A stretch of DNA of 64,000 nucleotides from a virus. How positions within the stretch are numbered: position 1 is the stretch's first letter; every line of letters begins with the position of its first letter. Shown here piece after piece: positions 20,701 to 28,672 of this stretch. Below the pieces are notes generated by a model. It searched no databases and was not told the origin of the DNA. It saw nothing but the letters and a program-made list of their open reading frames with translations. The position numbers were made by a program, and so were the translations under genes. The stretch lies in the IMG/VR virus record IMGVR_UViG_3300044620_001904, positions 31,262-95,261 of that record. One strand, 5' to 3'.

Positions 20701-21453
20701 TTAATCCGTTATTTTTACAACTTCATCACCTAAAAGTTCTTTAACTTCTCTATAACAATTAAGTTCTGGTAACCAAATTCTATGGTTACCTGTTAGTTTA
20801 AGAATTTTACCTGAAATTAATTCAATTTCATACCAATCATTATTATTTTTTTGTACTGAGTGAGAATTTATGGTGTTCATTTCGTTTTTGTTTTCAAAAA
20901 CATTAAAACTCAAAACTTTACCAATATATTTAGTTTCACAAATTTCTTTGATTGTTTTAATACCATCTTCAGTTATTAATTCGGTTTCTTCAGATAAACA
21001 TCTCACCTCGTCGGTTTTAGATATAAATGATGGAAACAAACCTTTTACCTTACCAGCAAGTTCTGCCGGAATTGGAGGCTCGTATTTATTAATCCCCAAC
21101 ATCATAGTTACATCCATACCAACCTTAAAATCTAAGTTAGTGTAATTAATTAACGATAAAGGTAAAATCAAACCTTGACTAACCTGTCCGCGAAGTTTTA
21201 CGGTTCTCAAACGAAAACCTTCAGAACCGTCGGCCATCTTTTTATATGATGATTTTCGCAAAAATTCGAATTCAGGTTTAATAGGTAAAAATGAGTCAAT
21301 TTCGCAATAAACTACTTTGTCACCAACTTTGTGACCTACATCTTTTGCAACAACTACTTTCCATCCATCAACGATGGCCAATTCTATTTTATCAGCACCC
21401 TCAATTGGGCGCAAATCAGATATAATTCTAATACTTGCTAATTTTCTTTCCAT
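20701..21453 (-). CDS. N-terminal half of DRB0094-type RNA ligase fused to an N-intein (99 aa)
   Basis: RKLASIR..PIEGADKIE..LRGQVSQGL..KTDEVR|CLSEET..LTGNHRIW (intein blocks A and B). Confidence 0.9.
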   Translation of the reverse strand: MERKLASIRIISDLRPIEGADKIELAIVDGWKVVVAKDVGHKVGDKVVYCEIDSFLPIKPEFEFLRKSSYKKMADGSEGFRLRTVKLRGQVSQGLILPLSLINYTNLDFKVGMDVTMMLGINKYEPPIPAELAGKVKGLFPSFISKTDEVRCLSEETELITEDGIKTIKEICETKYIGKVLSFNVFENKNEMNTINSHSVQKNNNDWYEIELISGKILKLTGNHRIWLPELNCYREVKELLGDEVVKITD

Positions 21454-21458
21454 TTTTT

Positions 21459-21833
21459 TTAAATTTTTTCAGTAAATAAACCATCTTTTATTGCCAAATC
21501 AAACATCTCTAAGATATCTTTATAAAATAGTTCATATTTCAAAATTTCAAGCTCACCTTCTTTTTCAATATCAATGTCATCAAACCATTCGGGTTTTAAG
21601 TCATATAGATTAATATTATCTTTTACCGCATGTTTTAAAACAGGATAAAACTCATTCAACAACCATTTAGTATTATCCCAAATAAATTCATATGAAAAAC
21701 CACCATTAGAGTTCTTACGATTGACGCAATTAAAAGAACGATTATAAAAATTACCATCATTATCAACCAATGCCGATAATTCAAATTGAATATATTCAAT
21801 TTGTTCTGAGCAATATTTAACTACTTTAAACAT
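21459..21833 (-). CDS. hypothetical protein
   Basis: 124-aa ORF in operon. Confidence 0.55.
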   Translation of the reverse strand: MFKVVKYCSEQIEYIQFELSALVDNDGNFYNRSFNCVNRKNSNGGFSYEFIWDNTKWLLNEFYPVLKHAVKDNINLYDLKPEWFDDIDIEKEGELEILKYELFYKDILEMFDLAIKDGLFTEKI

Positions 21834-21915
21834 TTTATAAAAAATCGATTTTCATCCCACAAACTAAATATTTGTCGGTTTTTCGGTGGGGTTATATAAA
21901 ATTAATTGATAATTT

Positions 21916-22053
21916 CTAATTATCAAAATCATCTGAACGGAATTTTCCTTTTTTGTCCTGATTTTTTTTGTTTGACTTGTTTTTGTTGTGATTACCGTTT
22001 GAACTCTTAGATTTCGGCATATCACCTTTCTGATTACGATACGTTTTACCCAT
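21916..22053 (-). CDS. small basic peptide MGKTYRNQKGD...DDFDN (45 aa; not in ORF track)
   Basis: ATG abuts the stop of the upstream gene; translated by hand. Confidence 0.5.
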   Translation of the reverse strand: MGKTYRNQKGDMPKSKSSNGNHNKNKSNKKNQDKKGKFRSDDFDN

Positions 22054-22298
22054 TAGTATTTTGTAACTGAATAATTTCCACAAACAATTTGTTCATTATC
22101 AAATATATCATTAAAGAAAATACAACCACTTTCTTGTTTGATAATGTTTTTTGCCTGATAACACCTTCCTATTTCGTTTGAAGTTATTTCATAATAAGTC
22201 TTGTTTGAACTTATATTTGTATTAAAAATAAAATTCATCGCAAATATTAGAACAATTGAAACTATAACAAATATTGAGTTTTTTTTCAAACCGAGCAT
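22053..22298 (-). CDS. small membrane-anchored protein
   Basis: N-terminal hydrophobic helix. Confidence 0.5.
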   Translation of the reverse strand: MLGLKKNSIFVIVSIVLIFAMNFIFNTNISSNKTYYEITSNEIGRCYQAKNIIKQESGCIFFNDIFDNEQIVCGNYSVTKY

Positions 22299-22312
22299 TT
22301 TTTTACAAAAAT

Positions 22313-22549
22313 CTAAAACTTTACCAAAAAGTCAATATGTGCAAAACCTTTATTTGTATGAACTGTAATTTCATTTTCATCAATTCTAGGCTCAAAACTC
22401 AAAATTGTTGCAAAACCAGCTTCTTTATCTTCATGTCTTACAACTTCTCCTACGGTAAAAATATTACCATATGAATTTATAGCTGTGTTATTATCAACAG
22501 ATATGAAATTTTGTCTTTTTGATATATTTTCCATGTTAACCAACAACAT
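22313..22549 (-). CDS. hypothetical protein
   Basis: ORF in operon. Confidence 0.5.
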   Translation of the reverse strand: MLLVNMENISKRQNFISVDNNTAINSYGNIFTVGEVVRHEDKEAGFATILSFEPRIDENEITVHTNKGFAHIDFLVKF

Positions 22550-23204
22550 TTTTTAATTCATCAGTATGGTGATCAAACTCCATATCTGAAATGATATTAC
22601 GTTTAATCATAATCGGAATAATCTCTTCAATTAAATTATAAGGTCTAAATTCTGTGGAACCATCAATACCAACATCCATTTTGCGACCTTTACCAAATTT
22701 TTTGTGGTTTGGTAAATGAACATGCCCGTGAAGATGGATCACACCTTTATTTAAACCATTCCAAGATGAGAGGGGGTAGTGCATTAAAACAAATTTTTTA
22801 CCACCAACAGATAATTCAACATAATCATTTACGCTTTTAAATAATCCTTTACACCCACCTCTATTTCTTTCAATGTTATGATCGTGATTACCTAAAATCA
22901 AATGTATGTTTTTACAAACAATTCTATCCCAAAAATTACGAATGTTCTCAAAACCTCCAAAAGACCAATCACCAAGATGAAATAAAATATCATCTTGATT
23001 AACAAATTCATTAATATTATTGACAATAGATGCATTCATACTATCTATGGATTCAAAATCTCTAGTCTGATCAATAGGAATTGATCCATCGTTTAACCTC
23101 CAATCTGTAACTCCACGACAAATATTTTTGTGCCCATAATGAGTATCTGAGGTGATCCAAATATTTTGAGATGAACTTGATAGTTCTATTTTAATACTAC
23201 TCAT
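22536..23204 (-). CDS. calcineurin-like metallophosphoesterase
   Basis: SDTHYGH, HLGD, GNHD, HGHVH. Confidence 0.9.
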   Translation of the reverse strand: MSSIKIELSSSSQNIWITSDTHYGHKNICRGVTDWRLNDGSIPIDQTRDFESIDSMNASIVNNINEFVNQDDILFHLGDWSFGGFENIRNFWDRIVCKNIHLILGNHDHNIERNRGGCKGLFKSVNDYVELSVGGKKFVLMHYPLSSWNGLNKGVIHLHGHVHLPNHKKFGKGRKMDVGIDGSTEFRPYNLIEEIIPIMIKRNIISDMEFDHHTDELKNVVG

Positions 23205-23242
23205 AGATTACAAAGGTATAAAAAAATTTTAAAAAAACAAAA

Positions 23243-23650
23243 TCAAAATTGAAATTGTTCAAATGCTTTTAAGTATGATGAAATATTTTCAGCCCCTACC
23301 GGATTCATTGAATGGACGACAAATTTTGGTAATTTTAAACTATTATCTAAGCAATAATCAACCAACCATTTGGCACAATCTAAACCTGTTTTTTCTTTAA
23401 AAGATTTTGACATGTCATCATAATTTGTCAAATACAATGATTGATCATAATGTTCGTCAGCAAGATCGTGATCAAATGAAATTAAATAAGGTAATCCATT
23501 TGTTGATATGTAGTTAACAAATTCATCGTAGTTTTTAACCACAATCCATTCTTCTCGGGTATACATTGCAGAATCCTCGGTTCTTAACCTCATATATGAA
23601 ACGCAATGATCAGGATTTCTGAAATCGTCTAAAAATAAGTAAGTTTTCAT
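23243..23650 (-). CDS. cyclic-phosphate-processing receiver-like domain protein
   Basis: LFLDDFR..ISFDHDL..TGLDCAKWL..VHSMNPVG. Confidence 0.7.
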   Translation of the reverse strand: MKTYLFLDDFRNPDHCVSYMRLRTEDSAMYTREEWIVVKNYDEFVNYISTNGLPYLISFDHDLADEHYDQSLYLTNYDDMSKSFKEKTGLDCAKWLVDYCLDNSLKLPKFVVHSMNPVGAENISSYLKAFEQFQF

Positions 23651-23676
23651 ATTACAAAGATAGTAAAAAAATGATG

Positions 23677-23761
23677 CGGAGAACAGAGGAATCGAACCTC
23701 ACACAAAATTTGTGCGTCATTCTTAGCAGGAAGGCCCCATCGCCATCAGGGATTATTCTCC
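23677..23761 (-). tRNA. tRNA-Ser(GCT)
   Basis: cloverleaf with long variable arm, CT-GCT-AA loop. Confidence 0.85.
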
Positions 23762-23767
23762 GTATTG

Positions 23768-23840
23768 TTGTTTAGGAGGGAATCGAACCCCCACCTTAGC
23801 GTCCGTTGCGCTAAATTCTAATCCATTAAACTACTAAACA
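23768..23840 (-). tRNA. tRNA-Arg(ACG)
   Basis: TAGCG-CAACGGA-CGCTA arm (A at position 33). Confidence 0.75.
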
Positions 23841-24130
23841 ATAAATCCAACAATTTGGTTTTTTTCACTTTTATATTGTGTTAAAAGCATAAGTTCGGTA
23901 ACTTCATCTTTAGTGCAGTATCCTTGAACATCTTCTTGCCAACTTGTCCAAACTTCAAAAGTGGTTTCACCATCACCATAAAGACCAGTTCCTCCTCCAA
24001 CGACAGATATTGCATGGCCATTTGGAAATTCCATAACCGCATGAATGGCTCCCACATTAAAATAGTTACGATGCGGTTTGAAAACCAAATCATCAAATGT
24101 TTTTACTTTATATTTTTCAAAAAAATCCAT
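23834..24130 (-). CDS. hypothetical protein inside the tRNA array
   Basis: 98-aa ORF between tRNAs. Confidence 0.6.
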   Translation of the reverse strand: MDFFEKYKVKTFDDLVFKPHRNYFNVGAIHAVMEFPNGHAISVVGGGTGLYGDGETTFEVWTSWQEDVQGYCTKDEVTELMLLTQYKSEKNQIVGFIV

Positions 24131-24163
24131 AATATATTTTTTTAAATTGTTGGTATAATTTTG

Positions 24164-24246
24164 TGAGTAAGGTAGGATTCGAACCTACACGAATTTCTCC
24201 ACCGGCTTCTAAGGACGGCGCGTTCTACCAGTTTCGCCACTTACTC
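24164..24246 (-). tRNA. tRNA-Leu(TAG)
   Basis: CT-TAG-AA loop, variable arm, A73. Confidence 0.8.
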
Positions 24247-24254
24247 AATTTTTG

Positions 24255-24329
24255 GGTGTTGTATGGGATTTGAGCCCATGACCTTCTGAACCACAATCAG
24301 ACGTTCTCACCAACTGAACTAACAACACC
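24255..24329 (-). tRNA. tRNA-His(GTG)
   Basis: TT-GTG-GT loop; G-1 and C73. Confidence 0.85.
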
Positions 24330-24334
24330 ATATT

Positions 24335-24422
24335 TGGCGGAAAAGAGAGGTGTCGATCCCCACACCACGAAGGTGCCACTAGTTTTCAAGACTAGGTTTA
24401 GCGCCGGCTAAATTTCTCTTCC
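24335..24422 (-). tRNA. tRNA-Ser(TGA)
   Basis: CT-TGA-AA loop, long variable arm, encoded CCA. Confidence 0.85.
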
Positions 24423-24430
24423 ATTTGTTG

Positions 24431-24503
24431 TGGAACAGAAAAGAATCGAACTTTTATTGCTCGCTCTTCATGCGAGTGCCTTGACCAACTAGGCTACTGT
24501 TCC
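24431..24503 (-). tRNA. tRNA-Phe(GAA)
   Basis: CTCGC-ATGAAGA-GCGAG. Confidence 0.8.
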
Positions 24504-24535
24504 ATATATTTTACAAATATACAAAAAATATTTCG

Positions 24536-24608
24536 TACCGCCAACAAGAATCGAACTTGTAATTAAACCTTATGAGAGTTCCGTGATAAACCGTTTCACT
24601 ATGGCGGC
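24536..24608 (-). tRNA. tRNA(CAT), Met or Ile2
   Basis: CT-CAT-AA loop. Confidence 0.8.
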
Positions 24609-24614
24609 ATTTAG

Positions 24615-24686
24615 AGCACCATGAGAATTTTGAAATCTCGACTTCTAGTTTGGAAGACTAGCGCTCTGCCTCTGAGCTAATGATGC
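24615..24686 (-). tRNA. tRNA-Gly(TCC)
   Basis: CT-TCC-AA loop, U73. Confidence 0.85.
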
Positions 24687-24693
24687 TTTTATG

Positions 24694-24777
24694 TTACCGG
24701 GGTAGGGTTCGAACCTACACAGGGATTTCTCCCAACAGATCCAAAATCTGCTCGCTTGCCAATTTGCATACCCGGCA
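24694..24777 (-). tRNA. tRNA-Gln(TTG) with long variable arm
   Basis: GCAGA-TTTTGGA-TCTGT; extra arm GGGA-GAAA-TCCC. Confidence 0.7.
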
Positions 24778-24920
24778 ATTTTGATGAGTCACGGACTTGT
24801 GTACCGTATGTCCCCCTTTAAATTATTCACTAACCCAGGGTGTGGGGAAACTCATCATAATAACCCCCTTGATCGGATTAACGGACCGACTGCCATATCG
24901 GAAGTGGGGGTTAGACTCCG

Positions 24921-25007
24921 TAGTCCTGGTCGGATTCGAACCGACACGGGCTTCTCAGCCCAACAGATTTTAAGTCTGTCGCGTCCTACCAATTTCGCCA
25001 CAGGACC
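24921..25007 (-). tRNA. tRNA-Leu(TAA)
   Basis: CT-TAA-AA loop, long variable arm. Confidence 0.9.
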
Positions 25008-25209
25008 ATATAAAACACCCTAATTTATCCAACTTACAGGTGTTGCGGTTGTCCTCATTTCTGAGTTAGGAATAGTCATTTGTCCTTACGAGGTCGAGTT
25101 GACTTGCTCTGAAGTTATCCCCCTCCACTCCAATGTAGGTTCCCATACGGCGATCAAACCGTTTTTCATCGTATTGGGCGTACTATCCGTTGTCGTGTTT
25201 CGGAACGTG

Positions 25210-25760
25210 TAGTCAGGACAGGATTCGAACCTGTATGGGTTTTTGAGACATCACTTCCTCTCGGTGTTCCACCCAGTTTATTTCAACTTGCGTCTACCAA
25301 TTCCGCCACCTGACTATTCGTTATTTCATTTTTTGTACTTCTTCAATTAACTCAATAAACATTGATTTTGTTATATGTTCCTGCTTTACCCACATATAAA
25401 TTACCCCCATTCTTTCGTGGTAATCTTTTTTAACTTGTAATTTTTCAATCAAATCTTTTATCATAACCTCGTATTTTATTTTGTAGTCAGGACAGGATTC
25501 GAACCTGTAATGATATGCCCCGCACATATCTGGATGGTCTAGAATTAGTTGTATAATTCGGAATTCACCACAATGTTACCAATTACACCACCTGACTATT
25601 TGAGGATGAGAAGTCCTCTGTGTTGTAAGTTTTAGAACCAAAGGAACCGCACTCATCCATCCTTTCTCAAGGGAACAACAAATTAGTAGTCAGGATTGGA
25701 CTCGAACCTGTTTTTCCTCCTTCCCTTTGTCGGAAGTTGTGCTCCTTACACCACCTGACT
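25210..25760 (-). repeat. three tRNA-like shells (25210-25315, 25484-25597, 25687-25760) with identical AGTCAGG acceptor stems and unrelated central inserts
   Basis: AGTCAGGTGG..(variable)..ACAGGTTCGA.TCC..TCCTGACTA occurs three times. Confidence 0.75.
25321..25464 (-). CDS. small hypothetical protein MIKDLIEKLQ... (47 aa) between tRNA-like shells
   Basis: 3' part of the track ORF; the 5' extension overlaps a tRNA-like element. Confidence 0.5.
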   Translation of the reverse strand: MIKDLIEKLQVKKDYHERMGVIYMWVKQEHITKSMFIELIEEVQKMK

Positions 25761-25975
25761 ATTCACCCCACCTTGAGATTTGAGGTGAGTAGTTATTTCG
25801 GTTTTCTATTTCTTAAAAACCTGCGGGGCGTCCCCCATTAAAACAGCCAACACTACTGGGAGAGATTGTGTCAGTCCCTTTATCCCACGATGTCCCACTC
25901 TAGCCGTAGACATTCTGCTAGTCCATTGTTAAATGAGTCTTGGACAAAAGACTGCTGAGTATCTCTTACTCATTG

Positions 25976-26063
25976 TGGGTAGGGAGGGACTCGAACCCCC
26001 GATGTTGTGTCTAAAGACCTTTGATTTACAGTCAAAGCCGTTCGCCGCTACGGTAACCTACCC
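25976..26063 (-). tRNA. tRNA-Tyr(GTA)
   Basis: CT-GTA-AA loop, variable arm. Confidence 0.9.
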
Positions 26064-26169
26064 GACGATAAAATAGGAAAATAGAAGATGGGCGCGTGGA
26101 CATCTATTTTTATGATTAGCATTACTATAAACACCTCCACCAAAATGGTATTCCCTAATCAACCTATTG

Positions 26170-26243
26170 TACCCCCTCTAAGAATCGAACTTAGGACATA
26201 TTGCTTGTAAAACAATCACTCTTAACCACTGAGTTAAGGGGGT
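26170..26243 (-). tRNA. tRNA-Val(TAC)
   Basis: TT-TAC-AA loop. Confidence 0.85.
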
Positions 26244-26249
26244 GTATTG

Positions 26250-26322
26250 CGTACCTCCAAGGATTCGAACCCTGAACAAACGGGTTGGAACCGTTTATGA
26301 TAAACCATTTCACCAGAGATAC
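26250..26322 (-). tRNA. tRNA-Trp(CCA)
   Basis: AACGG-TTCCAAC-CCGTT, G73. Confidence 0.8.
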
Positions 26323-26328
26323 GTATTG

Positions 26329-26401
26329 AGAGCAGTGAGGGATTCAAACCCCCGTGTTTCTCCTTTGCAGGGAGTTGCCTAATCGCTCGAGCCAACTGCT
26401 C
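26329..26401 (-). tRNA. tRNA-Cys(GCA)
   Basis: CT-GCA-AA loop, U73. Confidence 0.85.
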
Positions 26402-26406
26402 TTATG

Positions 26407-26481
26407 TCTTCAGGGGCGGGCTCGAACCGCCGACCTCTTGGATATCAGCCAAGGATTCTAAACCAACTGAACTACCTGAAG
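26407..26481 (-). tRNA. tRNA-Ile(GAT)
   Basis: CT-GAT-AT loop. Confidence 0.85.
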
Positions 26482-26487
26482 ATTATG

Positions 26488-26561
26488 TAGTGAGGATGGG
26501 ACTTGAACCCATGACTGCATGTGTATAAGACATGTATTCTAACCAACTGAATTACCTCACT
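26488..26561 (-). tRNA. tRNA-Ile(TAT)
   Basis: CATGT-CTTATAC-ACATG. Confidence 0.8.
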
Positions 26562-26570
26562 ATAATTAAG

Positions 26571-26644
26571 TGATTCCGGTGGGATTCAAACCCACGTTTA
26601 CCATTTTAAAAGAATGGTGCCTACAATCACTCGGCCACGAAATC
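26571..26644 (-). tRNA. tRNA-Lys(TTT)
   Basis: CT-TTT-AA loop. Confidence 0.85.
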
Positions 26645-26742
26645 ATTTTTTATACCAACAATGTCAAAGAACCTTGTTCTAATCTTTCACAAAGGTAAAT
26701 CAAATTTTTTAATCCAACAAATCTATGTGAAAGATTTTTTTG

Positions 26743-26824
26743 AGGAAAGGGTGGGAATCGAACCCACGTTGAGAATTAACTCGCAGATTAACAGTCTGCT
26801 GCCTGGCCTCTAGGCTACCAATCC
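26743..26824 (-). tRNA. tRNA-Asn(GTT) with long variable arm
   Basis: GCAGA-CTGTTAA-TCTGC; two acceptor mismatches. Confidence 0.75.
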
Positions 26825-26840
26825 ATTTTATATTGTATTA

Positions 26841-27389
26841 CTAAGTGTTTTTTTTCAAAAAATTGTCCCTAAACATATCAACAATTCCAATAATTTCATT
26901 TTTGAATTTTGAATGTATATATAGATGATGTGTTGGACACAAAGGAATCAAATTTTCCGGTGAGTTATTTTTTTTATTACAATCATAATGGTGGATTGCC
27001 ACTATTTTAGATTCACCACATACCACGCATCGTTTTTGGTGATGTTCAAAACCTATTCTACGGTATCCATTTCTTTCTCTATTTTCAACAGAACCGACCC
27101 AATTAGGGTTATTAGGACCACTTCTGAAAAAACTATTTGAGCAAGAATAAGAACAAGTTGTTTTTTCATGTTTATGATTTGTAATAGTAACGAACACATT
27201 ACCACAAATTGGACATTTTTTTTCCAAGTAATCGTATTTAGTTTTTTTCTTTTTCAAATGTGAAATATCTACACTATGAAGTTCTATAAACTCAAAAAAT
27301 TTTTTTCTAGTTTTACCATTATCATAACCATAAATTGATTTTATTGCGTCAGTAATAGTTTGAGAATTTTTTATTATTTCTGTTTCCAT
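26841..27389 (-). CDS. HNH homing endonuclease inserted in the tRNA array
   Basis: CVVCG..IHHYD.N..NNSPENLIPLCPTHH; CPICG zinc motif. Confidence 0.85.
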   Translation of the reverse strand: METEIIKNSQTITDAIKSIYGYDNGKTRKKFFEFIELHSVDISHLKKKKTKYDYLEKKCPICGNVFVTITNHKHEKTTCSYSCSNSFFRSGPNNPNWVGSVENRERNGYRRIGFEHHQKRCVVCGESKIVAIHHYDCNKKNNSPENLIPLCPTHHLYIHSKFKNEIIGIVDMFRDNFLKKNT

Positions 27390-27451
27390 ACATATAAATA
27401 TGTTAGAAATCGTAAAAAACTAATTTGGTCAAACTTTTTCAATACGACAAG

Positions 27452-27524
27452 TAGAGTAGACAGGACTCGAACCTGCACGCACTTGCTCCCAAAGCAAGGG
27501 ACCTTCCAATTGGTCAACTACTCT
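27452..27524 (-). tRNA. tRNA-Pro(TGG)
   Basis: TT-TGG-GA loop. Confidence 0.85.
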
Positions 27525-27580
27525 ATATGAAAAACATAATTTTGTAATTACAACACTTAATAACCAATATTTCAAAGAAC

Positions 27581-27618
27581 AAAAAAAAACCCCGAACTTT
27601 TTACGGTTCAGGGTTTTT
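27581..27618 (-). terminator. attenuator terminator 1, followed by boxA-like GTTCTTTGA
   Basis: ACCCTGAAC-CGTAAAAA-GTTCGGGGT plus U-tract; the 5' arm (CTGAACC) can instead pair with GGTTCAG in the leader ORF. Confidence 0.8.
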
Positions 27619-27638
27619 ATATGATAATTTTAACTATA

Positions 27639-27743
27639 TCAACTTTTAACTACTGAACCAATGAATGTACGAAACATCCCAGGATACCAACAATTACCTT
27701 GTGGTTTCGAACTAATGACGTTATGTAAATTTATTGTTTTCAT
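27639..27743 (-). CDS. putative attenuator leader peptide 1, MKTINLHNVISSKPQGNCWYPGMFRTFIGSVVKS (34 aa)
   Basis: sits between promoter TTTG-N20-TACTTTTG (27795-27764) and the terminator; contains codons for every amino acid served by the downstream tRNA cluster. Confidence 0.75.
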   Translation of the reverse strand: MKTINLHNVISSKPQGNCWYPGMFRTFIGSVVKS

Positions 27744-28158
27744 AGTTTGTTATATAAGTATTACAAAAGTAGTAAAAATATCAATACAAGTCAAATATTT
27801 TTTTCACCACCTAAAATAAATTGTTGCTATTCCTATCGCAAATGTTAAGACTCTACGTTTTTCAGGATGATAAGGAGTTTTTTGATATGAAATACCAATA
27901 TCAAACCACCATTCGCCATCAAAATTGTTCCAAACAAATTCTGTTTTCATGTCTTATCGTTTAATTTTAAAACATTAAAGTTCTAACCAAGTATCCAATT
28001 AATTCATTAAGTAATGCAAAAAAACCAACTATGGATCCAATTCCAAATACCGACATCAATATAAATTGTGTCATAATTGCAAAAGTTGATGGTTCCCTTT
28101 TGAATTGGTTTTTCTTGTAAAATTTTGAAAAAAAAGATGTTTGCATATGGTTTTATTT

Positions 28159-28371
28159 TTAGATTTCGCTCAAATATGATTTCAGGTTAGCAAGTTCAAT
28201 TTTTAATCTTACGATTTCATCGTTTTGCAATTTTATATCTTCCAGTCTTTCCTTTAAAACCTCAAAAGAATAATCGATAATTTGTTGTTCAATTTCGGTC
28301 AAATCTTCTTTTTTTACAAGAATTTTCTCCAAAATAAACTCACAATATTTGTCTTTTTGAGATTTAAACAT
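28159..28371 (-). CDS. hypothetical protein
   Basis: 70-aa ORF with TATCTTTG promoter upstream. Confidence 0.5.
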   Translation of the reverse strand: MFKSQKDKYCEFILEKILVKKEDLTEIEQQIIDYSFEVLKERLEDIKLQNDEIVRLKIELANLKSYLSEI

Positions 28372-28424
28372 TTTGTTTTTTGTTGGGCAAAGATATAACT
28401 TTTATCTATCTCTGCCAAATTTTT

Positions 28425-28658
28425 TTAAAAAATCGTGTGATCCCCAAAGTTATCGTCCCAAGGACAAGGGATGGACTTTCTATCATCATCACGAGTTGGT
28501 TGGATGATATCAGAAATTTCAGATAATATCTGTAAAGCATCCGTTTGAGCATTATCAGATTGGAAGATAGTTTCAGCATAAGGATATTTTTTGAAATAAT
28601 CATCAAGAACATTGATAACTTCAGATTTTTTTTCGGGTGTCCAATTTATTTTATACAT
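28425..28658 (-). CDS. hypothetical protein
   Basis: 77-aa ORF. Confidence 0.5.
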   Translation of the reverse strand: MYKINWTPEKKSEVINVLDDYFKKYPYAETIFQSDNAQTDALQILSEISDIIQPTRDDDRKSIPCPWDDNFGDHTIF

Positions 28659-28672
28659 ATTCTATTTTTGTG

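Noticed and set aside
24781-25023. 80-aa plus-strand ORF (likewise 29121..29330 and 15633..15821)
   Set aside because: Antisense to tRNAs or lying over promoter/ncRNA sequence
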